From: Candidatus Poribacteria bacterium
GTDB lineage: Bacteria; Poribacteria; WGA-4E; WGA-3G
Assembly: GCA_965215265.1 (NCBI GenBank)
Contig: OZ244048.1
Span: 4,576,001-4,640,000, forward strand
Direction: 5' to 3'
DNA length: 64,000 bases
The first letter of the stretch is position 1; every line of letters starts with the position of its first letter. The position numbers and the translations under genes are program-made. The notes below the pieces were generated by a model that made no database searches, had not been told where the DNA came from, and saw only the letters and a list, made by a program, of their open reading frames with translations. Of this stretch, positions 51,994 through 60,531 are shown piece after piece.

Positions 51994-52959
51994 TTATTGG
52001 TTATCCTCTCTTTTTAGCGGCACAAAACCGAGTTTCTCAACAATCTTTTGTCCTGCTGGTGACAAAATCCAATCTAGATAGGTTTTAACCTCGCCCGTGG
52101 GTGTACCGAGAGAGTACATATACAGCGGACGGGCGATCGGGTACGTTTTAGCAAGCACGTTTTTGAGATTGGGCGCATAATACGGGGCATTAGGTTCAAC
52201 TGCTACTTTTAACATCTTAACATGAGTTGTCGCATAGCCCATGCCACTATAGCCGATAGCACACGGCGTTCGTTCTACAACCTCTACGACATCTTTAGAG
52301 CCGTGTAAATCGAGAGAACCGAGGGCGAAGTCTCGTGCTTTTCCCAAGAGTGCTTCACGAAAATAGAAATAGGTGCCTGAGTTCGACTGTCTACTGATAC
52401 GGATAATTTTATCACTTGGGCAGCTTGCGTGTGCTATGCCCAGCTGGCTCCACTTCGCTATAGTTCTGTTCTCACCATAAATTGCAGCAAGTTCGGAAAT
52501 CGTAATCTGTTCCAACGGGTTATGCTGATTCACGTACACTGCCAAAGCATCATACCCAACGATAAATTCTTGGGGGACTTTGCCTGTATTTTTTTCTGCT
52601 TGATCCAATTCCTTAGGTTTTATTTGACGGCTACAATTCGCAATATCCACAGTACCGTTAATTAACGCCGCTACCCCAGTTCCAGAGCCACCGCCCGATA
52701 CCTCCACAGCAGCCGTTGTACTCACACCTATGTAGGCTTCTGCCCATGCTTGTGCCAGATTGACCATCGTATCAGAGCCTTTATTTTTGATAATGAACTG
52801 CTTCTCTTTTTTTACTGCGTTTCCAATTCCTCCACTCGGAGAACAGCCGGTGAAAACAGTGCAACCAGCAAAAAATAGAATAACAGTACTTAGGAGGCGT
52901 AAGTCTACCCGTGGCGCTGCTAACAAACCATTTTCTTCCATCTGTTTACCTTTCTTCAC
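51994..52959 (-). CDS. pstS: Phosphate ABC transporter substrate-binding lipoprotein PstS
   Basis: KGSDT, GGGSGTG, RQSNSGT and YPIARPL motifs; FTGC lipobox. Confidence 0.92.
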   Translation of the reverse strand: MKKGKQMEENGLLAAPRVDLRLLSTVILFFAGCTVFTGCSPSGGIGNAVKKEKQFIIKNKGSDTMVNLAQAWAEAYIGVSTTAAVEVSGGGSGTGVAALINGTVDIANCSRQIKPKELDQAEKNTGKVPQEFIVGYDALAVYVNQHNPLEQITISELAAIYGENRTIAKWSQLGIAHASCPSDKIIRISRQSNSGTYFYFREALLGKARDFALGSLDLHGSKDVVEVVERTPCAIGYSGMGYATTHVKMLKVAVEPNAPYYAPNLKNVLAKTYPIARPLYMYSLGTPTGEVKTYLDWILSPAGQKIVEKLGFVPLKREDNQ

Positions 52960-52979
52960 AATATCTGAAATTTAATCTA

Positions 52980-53013
52980 ATTATAGCATGGAATTGTTAC
53001 GAAAATAAGACAA
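52980..53013 (-). promoter_or_regulatory. Pho box and -10 element upstream of pstS
   Basis: Minus strand TTGTCTT-attt-TCGTAAC, then 10 nt, then TATAAT; matches E. coli Pho-box geometry. Confidence 0.6.
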
Positions 53014-53457
53014 AATTAAAAATTTTTGGGCAACCGGGTTATCGTGGCGGACATCTACGTGCGAATTGGCGAATGTTCTCGGCATCTTGCATCGTTATGT
53101 CCGTGACACGCTTAACCGCACGGTGAAGTGGGTCTATCGGCAGACGGCACCGAAAGGGAATATCGCGGGGACGTGGAAGGGCACGCACCACAACTGCAGC
53201 GATGACGAAGTGCCAACAGATCTTGCCGGACAGCCGAAGATGTTTGCGGTGCCGCTTTTTTGGATTAAAAGGATTTTGGGAAAAACTTTGCATTTTACGG
53301 TATTTTGTGATATGATTTGTATTATCAGCTTCAGTGACGCTGAAATTCCAACGGCAGACTGGAATTCAGAGCGATGCAGGTGGAAAAACTGATAGAGAAC
53401 TATGGAATCCATGTCGTGCTTGCAGCAACATTTGTCCAGGGGTTCAGAAAACAAAAT

Positions 53458-54141
53458 ATGAAAACATGTGTCATTATCTTCGCGAAGTATCCGATTCCGA
53501 ATCATGTTAAAACCCGACTAATTCCGTATCTATCGCCGGAACAAGCGGCAGAATTATACGGAGTGTTTCTTGCCGATTGGTGCCAGGCAATTGCTGAACT
53601 CAGCGGCGTGGCTCGTATTATCGCGTATACACCTCCGGAGAAGCAAGCAGCTTTACAAGCATTAATCGCGGGGGATGCTACCTATATTCCGCAAGTAGGA
53701 ACCGGGCTCGGGAGTCGTCTGATCTCAGCAACACAATGGGCATCCGGAGAAGGGTACGAAAGGATTATAATCGTTGGTTCAGACAGCCCTACGTTACCGC
53801 TTTCGTACGTCTCTGAAGCGATTGTCATCCTTGCAACGCGGGATATCGTCATCGGGCCGAGCATAGATGGCGGGTATTATCTCATCGGATTTTCCTCACC
53901 CAATATTTCGTTGACGGTTCCGTTTGTGTTTCAGGAGATTCCGTGGAGCACCAGCTCTGTTTTTGAACAAACAGTGGCGCGAGCATGTTTAGTCGATGCC
54001 ACGTTAGGACTACTGCCACCATGGTACGATGTGGATACGCCTGCAGATGTAGCGTTTTTGAAAGCGCATTTAGCGGCTATGAGAGTTGCAGGTGATAAGC
54101 TACAAGCAGTTAGCACAGAACGTTTATTATCAGAATTGTAG
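53458..54141 (+). CDS. DUF2064/TIGR04282-type CofC-like glycosyl/nucleotidyltransferase
   Basis: FAKYP..VKTRL, GSDSPTL, GPSIDGGYYLIG and WYDVDT motifs. Confidence 0.8.
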   Translation: MKTCVIIFAKYPIPNHVKTRLIPYLSPEQAAELYGVFLADWCQAIAELSGVARIIAYTPPEKQAALQALIAGDATYIPQVGTGLGSRLISATQWASGEGYERIIIVGSDSPTLPLSYVSEAIVILATRDIVIGPSIDGGYYLIGFSSPNISLTVPFVFQEIPWSTSSVFEQTVARACLVDATLGLLPPWYDVDTPADVAFLKAHLAAMRVAGDKLQAVSTERLLSEL

Positions 54142-54259
54142 TCGCCTCAGCAACTTTCGCTGCGCAGAATATTTGCAGAGGCAAGTTTTAGCTCTGATAG
54201 CAAAAATTTTCATATTAAGCTAGACAACGTTTTTCAGATAGAGAAAAGGAGTATTGAGA

Positions 54260-54991
54260 ATGGGACAATTAGACGGAAAATTTGCAATTGTGACAGGCGG
54301 CAATCGCGGGATTGGGAAAGGAATTGCGAAAGGCTTGGCCGCTGAGGGCGCAAGCCTCACTATCGCCGCGAGAAACGCCGAACTCTTAGAGCAAACCGCC
54401 AGCGAAATCCAAGCCACCGGTGCTTCGGTGCTGACGGTTCCAACCGATGTAACGGATGAACAACAGATTAAAGCACTCTTCGAAAAGGCGATGGCGGAAT
54501 ACGGCCAACTGGACATCCTGGTAAACAACGCAGGCGCTTTTGATGGAGGACCGATCGACGAACTCTCAACCGAGGCGTGGGACCGGGTGATTGGCGTAAA
54601 CCTGCGTGCACCGTTCCTCTGTACACGCGAAGCTGTGCGAATTATGAAAGCACAAGGCCAAGGCGGACGTATCATCAACGTTGGAAGTATTTCCGCACAT
54701 CGCGTCCGGCCCCGGACCGCACCTTACAGTGCCAGTAAATTCGGCATTTGGGGATTAACCCAAGTAACTGCATTGGAAGGAAGGCCGCACGGCATCACCG
54801 CTAGCTGCTTACAGCCTGGGAATACATATGTAGAACGGATTCAGAAGCGCCCGCAGGCCCCCGTCGAAGCGATGATGGATGTAGACGAACTGGCAAAAGC
54901 CGCTGTTCTCATGGCAACATTGCCCCCTAATATTAATATGTTGGAAGCGACAGTCCTTCCGGTAGGACAGCTCTATGTCGGGCGTGGCTAA
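54260..54991 (+). CDS. SDR family oxidoreductase
   Basis: TGGNRGIG, NNAG and YSASK motifs. Confidence 0.88.
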   Translation: MGQLDGKFAIVTGGNRGIGKGIAKGLAAEGASLTIAARNAELLEQTASEIQATGASVLTVPTDVTDEQQIKALFEKAMAEYGQLDILVNNAGAFDGGPIDELSTEAWDRVIGVNLRAPFLCTREAVRIMKAQGQGGRIINVGSISAHRVRPRTAPYSASKFGIWGLTQVTALEGRPHGITASCLQPGNTYVERIQKRPQAPVEAMMDVDELAKAAVLMATLPPNINMLEATVLPVGQLYVGRG

Positions 54992-55246
54992 GGCTGCAGT
55001 CTAAAAAAAACAGTGGGTTTTGTAGATTCATGGCCACTTAGATTCGTCTATTTCGGAGAACAATAGCCTGGAACCTTTGGCATCACTTGTAGATGAAAAA
55101 GCAGCTTTCTTCAGGCCTCCAATTAGGTCCGATGCCTTACTATTTCAATAAAATGATGCCCAATTTCGGCATTCATGATTTCATTGAGAATTGGAATCAG
55201 TAGGACGTTACAAAAACGACAAGGTATATTGAAATCTTTGTCCGCT

Positions 55247-56041
55247 TTACAGAGGCAAACCTAACATACCGCTGAGATAGAAATAAGCCTCCTCAGTATA
55301 CCGGGGGAGGTTCTCGGGGTCCGCCACTTCTAATTCAACTGTCAGGTCGCCTTGGTAATTTACTTCTTGCAGCGTGGCGATAATTTCCTGTAACGCAAGG
55401 TCGCCGCGTCCAATCCCGACTGAGACAGCACCGAGGTGATCTTTGAGATGGACAGCATAGATGCGTGAAGCAAATTGGCGAATCGCAGCAAATATGTCTA
55501 CACCCGATGTATGGAAATGGCCGGTATCAATACATATCCCGACCCGCTCATCAGGAACAGCATCCAATATGCGTTGGAAATCCTCAGGTTGTTGCAGAAC
55601 ATTGCCGTGGTGTGGCTCAAGTGTCAGTTTAATAGTGCTTTCTGACGGTATGCGTGCTAATACCTGTTTTAGACAGTCTAGGACCCTGTCTAACGCACCC
55701 GGTTCCGTCCTGCGTTGTGCGCCGCTTGTTGTGAGGTGCGTCGCGTTCAACGCCTCAGCGATATCCACACATTTTGCTATCGCTTCTGCACGTGCTTGTA
55801 CATCGGCAGCATTGTGTCCACCCCAGCCCGGCGGATAGAGTCCGGCACATTTCATGCCCGATTCATCAATTTTTGACTTCATGCTGGCCGGCTCAAATTC
55901 GTGCACAGCGTCAACGCTCCATATTAAGGGACCGTGGATTTCCATGAACCGGTAACCGGTTGTAGGGGCGTATTCCAAAGTTGCAGCGACTTCATCTTCA
56001 GCATAGCCTCGGTAGCAGATAGAGGCACAGATAATGTCCAT
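55247..56041 (-). CDS. Sugar phosphate isomerase/epimerase (AP endonuclease 2 TIM barrel)
   Basis: LEPHH, IDTGH, VHLKD and VELE motifs; AAGGA RBS upstream of 56041. Confidence 0.82.
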   Translation of the reverse strand: MDIICASICYRGYAEDEVAATLEYAPTTGYRFMEIHGPLIWSVDAVHEFEPASMKSKIDESGMKCAGLYPPGWGGHNAADVQARAEAIAKCVDIAEALNATHLTTSGAQRRTEPGALDRVLDCLKQVLARIPSESTIKLTLEPHHGNVLQQPEDFQRILDAVPDERVGICIDTGHFHTSGVDIFAAIRQFASRIYAVHLKDHLGAVSVGIGRGDLALQEIIATLQEVNYQGDLTVELEVADPENLPRYTEEAYFYLSGMLGLPL

Positions 56042-56278
56042 AAAAAAATGTTCCTTTTGACCGAACTTGTAGCAGAAATCTACGAAGCCCGACATGAATA
56101 GGAATTTACTTACCCTTTTTGAAGGTGAGCAATAGTTTATTCTTAACACGACTCTAGGTGGGAATATTGTAAACTTCCCGCAATTAGATGGTAGCATATT
56201 CTTCAAAATTTATCCATTGAAATCAGCACATCAACAAGCATCACCATTGAGAAAAATAACGCTTGGAGCAAAATAGCG

Positions 56279-56689
56279 ATGATTCAGCACATTGAGATAA
56301 CTTTACCTGAGTACCCGCGTGGTTTTCATCTCATCACAGACGACATTCTAAAATCCATAGATGAGATACCAGAGTCCGGCATCCTACATCTGTTTATTAA
56401 GCATACCTCAGCAGGATTGACTATCAATGAAAACGCAGATCCGACTGTCCGAACGGATTTTGCACGCAGCTTCGATCAGCTCGTTAGAGAGCACGAACCT
56501 TTCTATCAGCACACATTAGAGGGCGCTGACGATATGCCTGCACATATCAAAGCGGCGCTCGTTGGCTTTTCCGTATCCATTCCAATTGTGAACCATCAGC
56601 TAAATTTAGGGGTGTGGCAGGGCATTTATCTGTGCGAATTCCGGAATCGAGGGGGAAAGCGAAATTTAACGGCGACGCTCTATGCCTAG
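56279..56689 (+). CDS. yjbQ: YjbQ (UPF0047) family protein
   Basis: HTSAGLTINENADP, DMPAHIK and LGVWQGIYLCEFR motifs. Confidence 0.9.
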   Translation: MIQHIEITLPEYPRGFHLITDDILKSIDEIPESGILHLFIKHTSAGLTINENADPTVRTDFARSFDQLVREHEPFYQHTLEGADDMPAHIKAALVGFSVSIPIVNHQLNLGVWQGIYLCEFRNRGGKRNLTATLYA

Positions 56690-56762
56690 CCAAAATGATA
56701 GCCAGCTCCTAATCTAGACTGTCTTTTAGGTTAGGTTACTCGCATCCGTTTGTGCTACGCAT

Positions 56763-57331
56763 TCAATTGGCTCCGTCACTTTCCCAATCCATCTGATACT
56801 TGATGTCGTAGTTGATGATGAAATCTAATTCCTCATCCGTGAAGCCTTAGTGCCGCGCAAGGACGCGGCAGATCTTGTCGATGATGGATTTGGACACCCG
56901 GTGGTTTTGTAGGTTGTCTCCTTGCGTTGTGCGTGGTGCTTTAAATCCTGTATCAAATCAGCGGAGAGTGCAGAGAGATTCTGATTTATGGATTTTTCCA
57001 TTTGCGCAACGCCGATACGGAAATTTCGAATTTCATGTAAGTTTAAAGCACGGCAATCGGAGAGAATAACATACCACTAGTAAGATAATGAACTGTTCAT
57101 TGTCGCTACAACAACAACTGCATCTAGGGCTGTTGTTAAATATAGGGGTTTGAGATCTGTTGAGATCTTCTCTCCGTCTCGTTGGTTCCAAAAGTAAAGA
57201 ATAAAGTCCATTGCCCGAATCCAATAGCAAGGTGAGTTCTGGAAATAGATTGTGTAGGGGGCCCGTCTCGTGGTGAGAGGCCCCTCTAAGCCTGAGAATT
57301 GAGTCAGCTTTTTCCATATCCTATATTCCAC
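56763..57331 (-). pseudogene. 3' fragment of a type IIG (Eco57I-like) restriction-modification gene
   Basis: ...MNSSLSY*WYVILSDCRALN...KTTG, then a frameshift, then SKSIIDKICRVLARH*GFTDEELDFIINYDIKYQM; two in-frame stops and one frameshift. Confidence 0.7.
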
Positions 57332-57342
57332 ATCTTTTTAAT

Positions 57343-57371
57343 TTGACAAACACTTCTTCTTGAGGTATAAT
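57343..57371 (+). promoter_or_regulatory. Perfect-consensus sigma70 promoter upstream of LRR gene B
   Basis: TTGACA-N17-TATAAT. Confidence 0.8.
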
Positions 57372-57643
57372 TAAAATCAAATAACCCTTTGCAGGGTTAG
57401 AAGAGAGCAAAAGTGTTCTTTAAAAGTGAAAGAATGAGTTGACGTGTCCGTTGGCAGTTTGTGAATGCACTGCATTTTTTGGAAAGGGATTCACAAACAC
57501 GATTTCATTTTTTGAACACCTGTGTGCCCGTCTTACGAATTGGCAAAAAAGGTTGAAAACGTAGTCTGTTAGGAAACTTAGTCCGAACTATAAAATCAAG
57601 TTTATTCCGTCACGGGATAAAGAATAACAAGGAGTTAGATAAG

Positions 57644-58956
57644 ATGAAGAGAAGAATGTATCCCCCCCTCTATATGTTAAGTGTTTTAGTTCTATTATTA
57701 ATCGCTGGGCTTGTTATGCCGTTTACAAACACCCCTTAACCTGTTCCATTCTATTTTGCATCACGCTTTCGTTACTCATTGCCCCCCTGGCAGTGAGCCA
57801 AAGTCCAGTAGTGAACATTCCGGATGCGACGCTCCGTGCGGAAATCCAGAAGAGCCTCAAACCCGCGGGGGGGGCTATCACCCAGGCAGATATGCTCCGC
57901 TTGACACGCCTCGATTTGAGAAACCTCAATTCAGATGAACGATCAAACGTTAGCAATCTGACAGGACTTGAATTCGCAACCAACTTGGAAGAGCTGGCTC
58001 TCAATGATACGCAAGTGTCGGATATCTCGCCGCTGGCAAACCTCACCAACTTGAGATGGCTGCATCTCAAGCGTACGCAAGTGTCGGATATCTCGCCGCT
58101 GGCAAACCTCACCAACTTGAGATGGCTGCATCTCGAGGATGCGCAAGTGTCGGATATCTCGCCGCTGGCAAACCTCACCAACTTGGAAACGCTGTATCTC
58201 TCGGGAACGCTGTCGGATATCTCGCTGCTGTCAACCTTCACCAACTTGGAACATCTGTCTCTCGGGGATACGCAAGTGTCGGATATCTCGCCGCTGTCAA
58301 GCCTCACCAACTTGGATTGGCTGGATCTCGGTGGTACGCAAGTGTCGGATATCTCACCGCTGTCAAACCTCACCAATTTGGAAACGCTGTATCTCAGGGG
58401 TACGCAAGTGTCGGATATCTCGCCTCTGGCAGGCCTCACCAACTTGAGAAGGCTGGATATCACTAATACGCCAGTGTCGGATATCTCGGCACTGTCAAGC
58501 CTCACCAACTTGACAGTGATAGGTTTTGCGGGTTCGGTGGTGAACATTGCGGATGAGACGGTCCGTGCGAAAATAGAGGAGACACTCAACATCTCCGCGG
58601 GGACGGCTGTGACCTCGGCAGATATGCTCCGCTTGACAAGCCTCGATTTAGGTGGCTCAGACGTTAGCGATCTGACTTTCCTTCAATCTGCAACCAACTT
58701 GGAAACGCTGAATCTTGCGGGTGCGGTGGTAGAAAATATCTCGCCTCTGTCAGAGCTCACTCGTTTGGAAACGCTAGATCTCTCGGGTACGCAAGTGTCG
58801 GATATCTCGCCGCTGTCAAGCCTCACCAACTTGGAAGAGCTGGATCTCGGTGGTACGCAAGTGTCGGATATCTCTCCACTGTCAGAACTCACCAACTTGA
58901 AAAAGTTGGATCTCAGTGATACGGAAGTGTCGGATATCTCAGCCCTGTCAAAGTAA
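57644..58956 (+). CDS. Secreted internalin-type LRR protein B; out of frame at the poly-C tract as sequenced
   Basis: ORF 57793..58956 has two VNIxD caps and 22-aa LRRs; the reading frame stays open back to the C7 tract; the RBS-linked ATG 57644 joins it if C7 becomes C8. Confidence 0.78.
57662..57668 (+). repeat. C7 homopolymer in the leader-peptide coding region of LRR gene B
   Basis: atgtaT-CCCCCCC-tctatatg. Confidence 0.8.
57980..58953 (+). repeat. 66-bp coding tandem repeats (LRR units) in two blocks
   Basis: Recurrent CAAGTGTCGGATATCTCGCCGCTG...CTCACCAACTTG scaffold. Confidence 0.9.
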
Positions 58957-59151
58957 CATGGAGGTAAAGTCGTGTTGGAATCAGGCGTTTCGGACACCGG
59001 TCGCACCTCTGGCCACTTCACTTCCCTGATGCACGCGTCATCAACCTGCGGCGCGAGAGTGCTTATCGCGATAAACTGGATCTGGAACGGCGTTCGCCAG
59101 TGCAAGCCATCACCGCAGTGAGCTCTAAGTTAAACTAAACTAAACTAAACT

Positions 59152-59195
59152 AACCAGGGGCAGCCACCCTCACATGGCTGCCCCCGGTTTTTTTT
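59152..59195 (+). terminator. Intrinsic terminator (repeated element, copy 2), preceded by (TAAAC)n
   Basis: CCAGGGGCAGCCA-loop-TGGCTGCCCCCGG followed by T8. Confidence 0.85.
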
Positions 59196-59252
59196 GTTTT
59201 GGATAGAGAGAAGCGTCGAGGCCGCCTTGAGAAGCGACATCTGGAGACTGCC

Positions 59253-59282
59253 TTGACAAAAAAGGAGAAAGGCTGCTATACT
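59253..59282 (+). promoter_or_regulatory. Sigma70 promoter of Rpn-like copy B
   Basis: TTGACA-N18-TATACT with extended -10 TG. Confidence 0.75.
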
Positions 59283-59315
59283 TTATTATGAGAAGTGGAG
59301 CGTCTAAGCAGATAG

Positions 59316-60416
59316 ATGAGGCAAACTACCGCACCAGAGACATCTAAAGAAACACAAAGCAAACGTAAACTCTGGGACCCTTTCTTCAAAGAGTTCCTCG
59401 CCCGGCTGTTCTCTGGGCTGGGTGCCTCTATCCAGACAGAGATAGAAGTCAACCGGTTGCCGCAGCGTATAGATGCACTCGCTCTCCTCGAAAGTGCCGC
59501 AGCCCGGGCGAGAGTGCGTGCGAATCCGCTGCTCTCTTACTTACGCACGTATAATCTGTTCGAGTTCAAAGGGCAGAACGATCCGTTGAATGAATCGGCG
59601 TATCACCGGATTTGTATGCGTGCGCGTGGTTATCTCGCAGATAAGCAGGTGCCTGCAACCGAGTTAACCCTCACAATAGTGTCGTCTCGGAAGCCGCGGG
59701 CGCTGCTGACACATCCGCCTTTCGGGTTGCCGTGGCAGCAGCTCGCCCCGGGACATTATACCCAGGCAGGTCTGCCGGTGCATCTGTTGGTTTGCAATGA
59801 AGTGGCACTGGTTGAGCCGAATTATTGGTTGCTGCTGTTTGCGTCGTCGCAGAAACAGTTTCGTGCGTTCCTGCGGCGGGTGATAACAGAAGAGAATACG
59901 TTATATTTTGACTCCGCGTTGTATTTGCAGCCGGAAGTCACGGAGGAGGTTTGTGAAATGGAAGGACATCAAGATTTCTTTCAGAGTCGTCTTCGCGAAG
60001 TTGCGACGACTTTAGGTCCGAAGCTGCTGTCGGCGCTGACTACGTCGGATAGATTGGCTCTGTTGAATGCGATGCCCGCGGCAGAACGGGCCGATATATT
60101 GGCGAGTTTACCCGCCGCAGAACGGGCTGATATGTTGGCGAGTTTACCCGCCGCAGAACGGGCTGATATGTTGGCGAGTTTACCCGCCGCAGAACGGGCC
60201 GATATGTTGGCGAGTTTACCCGCCGCAGAACGGGCGGATATGTTGGCGAGTCTACCCGCCGCAGAACGGGCGGATATGTTAGCACGCCTGAGTCCCGATG
60301 AGCGCGTCAAAGGACTCACTCCCGATGAGCGGTTAGCCGGACTTCATTTATCTCCGGCGGTGCGTGCAGAACTCGTGCGGCAGCTGGAGACAGCTGACAA
60401 TGACACCGACATGTAG
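59316..60416 (+). CDS. Rpn-like PD-(D/E)XK nuclease-fold protein, copy B
   Basis: Same motifs as copy A; expanded 12-aa C-terminal repeats. Confidence 0.65.
   Translation: MRQTTAPETSKETQSKRKLWDPFFKEFLARLFSGLGASIQTEIEVNRLPQRIDALALLESAAARARVRANPLLSYLRTYNLFEFKGQNDPLNESAYHRICMRARGYLADKQVPATELTLTIVSSRKPRALLTHPPFGLPWQQLAPGHYTQAGLPVHLLVCNEVALVEPNYWLLLFASSQKQFRAFLRRVITEENTLYFDSALYLQPEVTEEVCEMEGHQDFFQSRLREVATTLGPKLLSALTTSDRLALLNAMPAAERADILASLPAAERADMLASLPAAERADMLASLPAAERADMLASLPAAERADMLASLPAAERADMLARLSPDERVKGLTPDERLAGLHLSPAVRAELVRQLETADNDTDM
60075..60290 (+). repeat. Six 36-bp coding tandem repeats (PAAERADMLASL)
   Basis: CCCGCCGCAGAACGGGCxGATATGTTGGCGAGTTTA units, contiguous and in frame. Confidence 0.92.
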
Positions 60417-60497
60417 CAGACAACCCGCTTGAAAGGGCATCTGAGTGCAGACGGTAAACTCACAGAACGCTGGGCAACGCTCAAATCGGAAGAATAA
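60417..60497 (+). other. In-frame post-stop tail B: QTTRLKGHLSADGKLTERWATLKSEE*
   Basis: Follows the TAG at 60414-60416 in frame. Confidence 0.8.
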
Positions 60498-60531
60498 ACT
60501 CAGTGAGATTTAAACTAAATTAAACTAACCT

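Noticed and set aside
53039-53505. Short ORFs between pstS and the DUF2064 gene
   Set aside because: Three overlapping ORFs with no recognisable motifs or RBS; none can be supported
57723-58592. 289-aa minus-strand ORF and other antisense ORFs in the track
   Set aside because: They are shadows of repetitive or well-supported coding sequence on the opposite strand
57980-58953. Constant/variable 66-bp pattern as a CRISPR array or DGR target
   Set aside because: It translates as canonical 22-aa LRRs; there is no cas or reverse transcriptase gene in the window, and the variation is not adenine-specific
60075-60290. 36-bp repeats as a CRISPR array
   Set aside because: The units are contiguous with no spacers and are in-frame coding repeats
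60414-60416. Genome-wide TAG reassignment as the explanation for the post-stop tails
   Set aside because: Ordinary genes here end at TAG at their expected C-termini (for example yjbQ, and lptA overlapping the lptB start); no pyl genes are in the window
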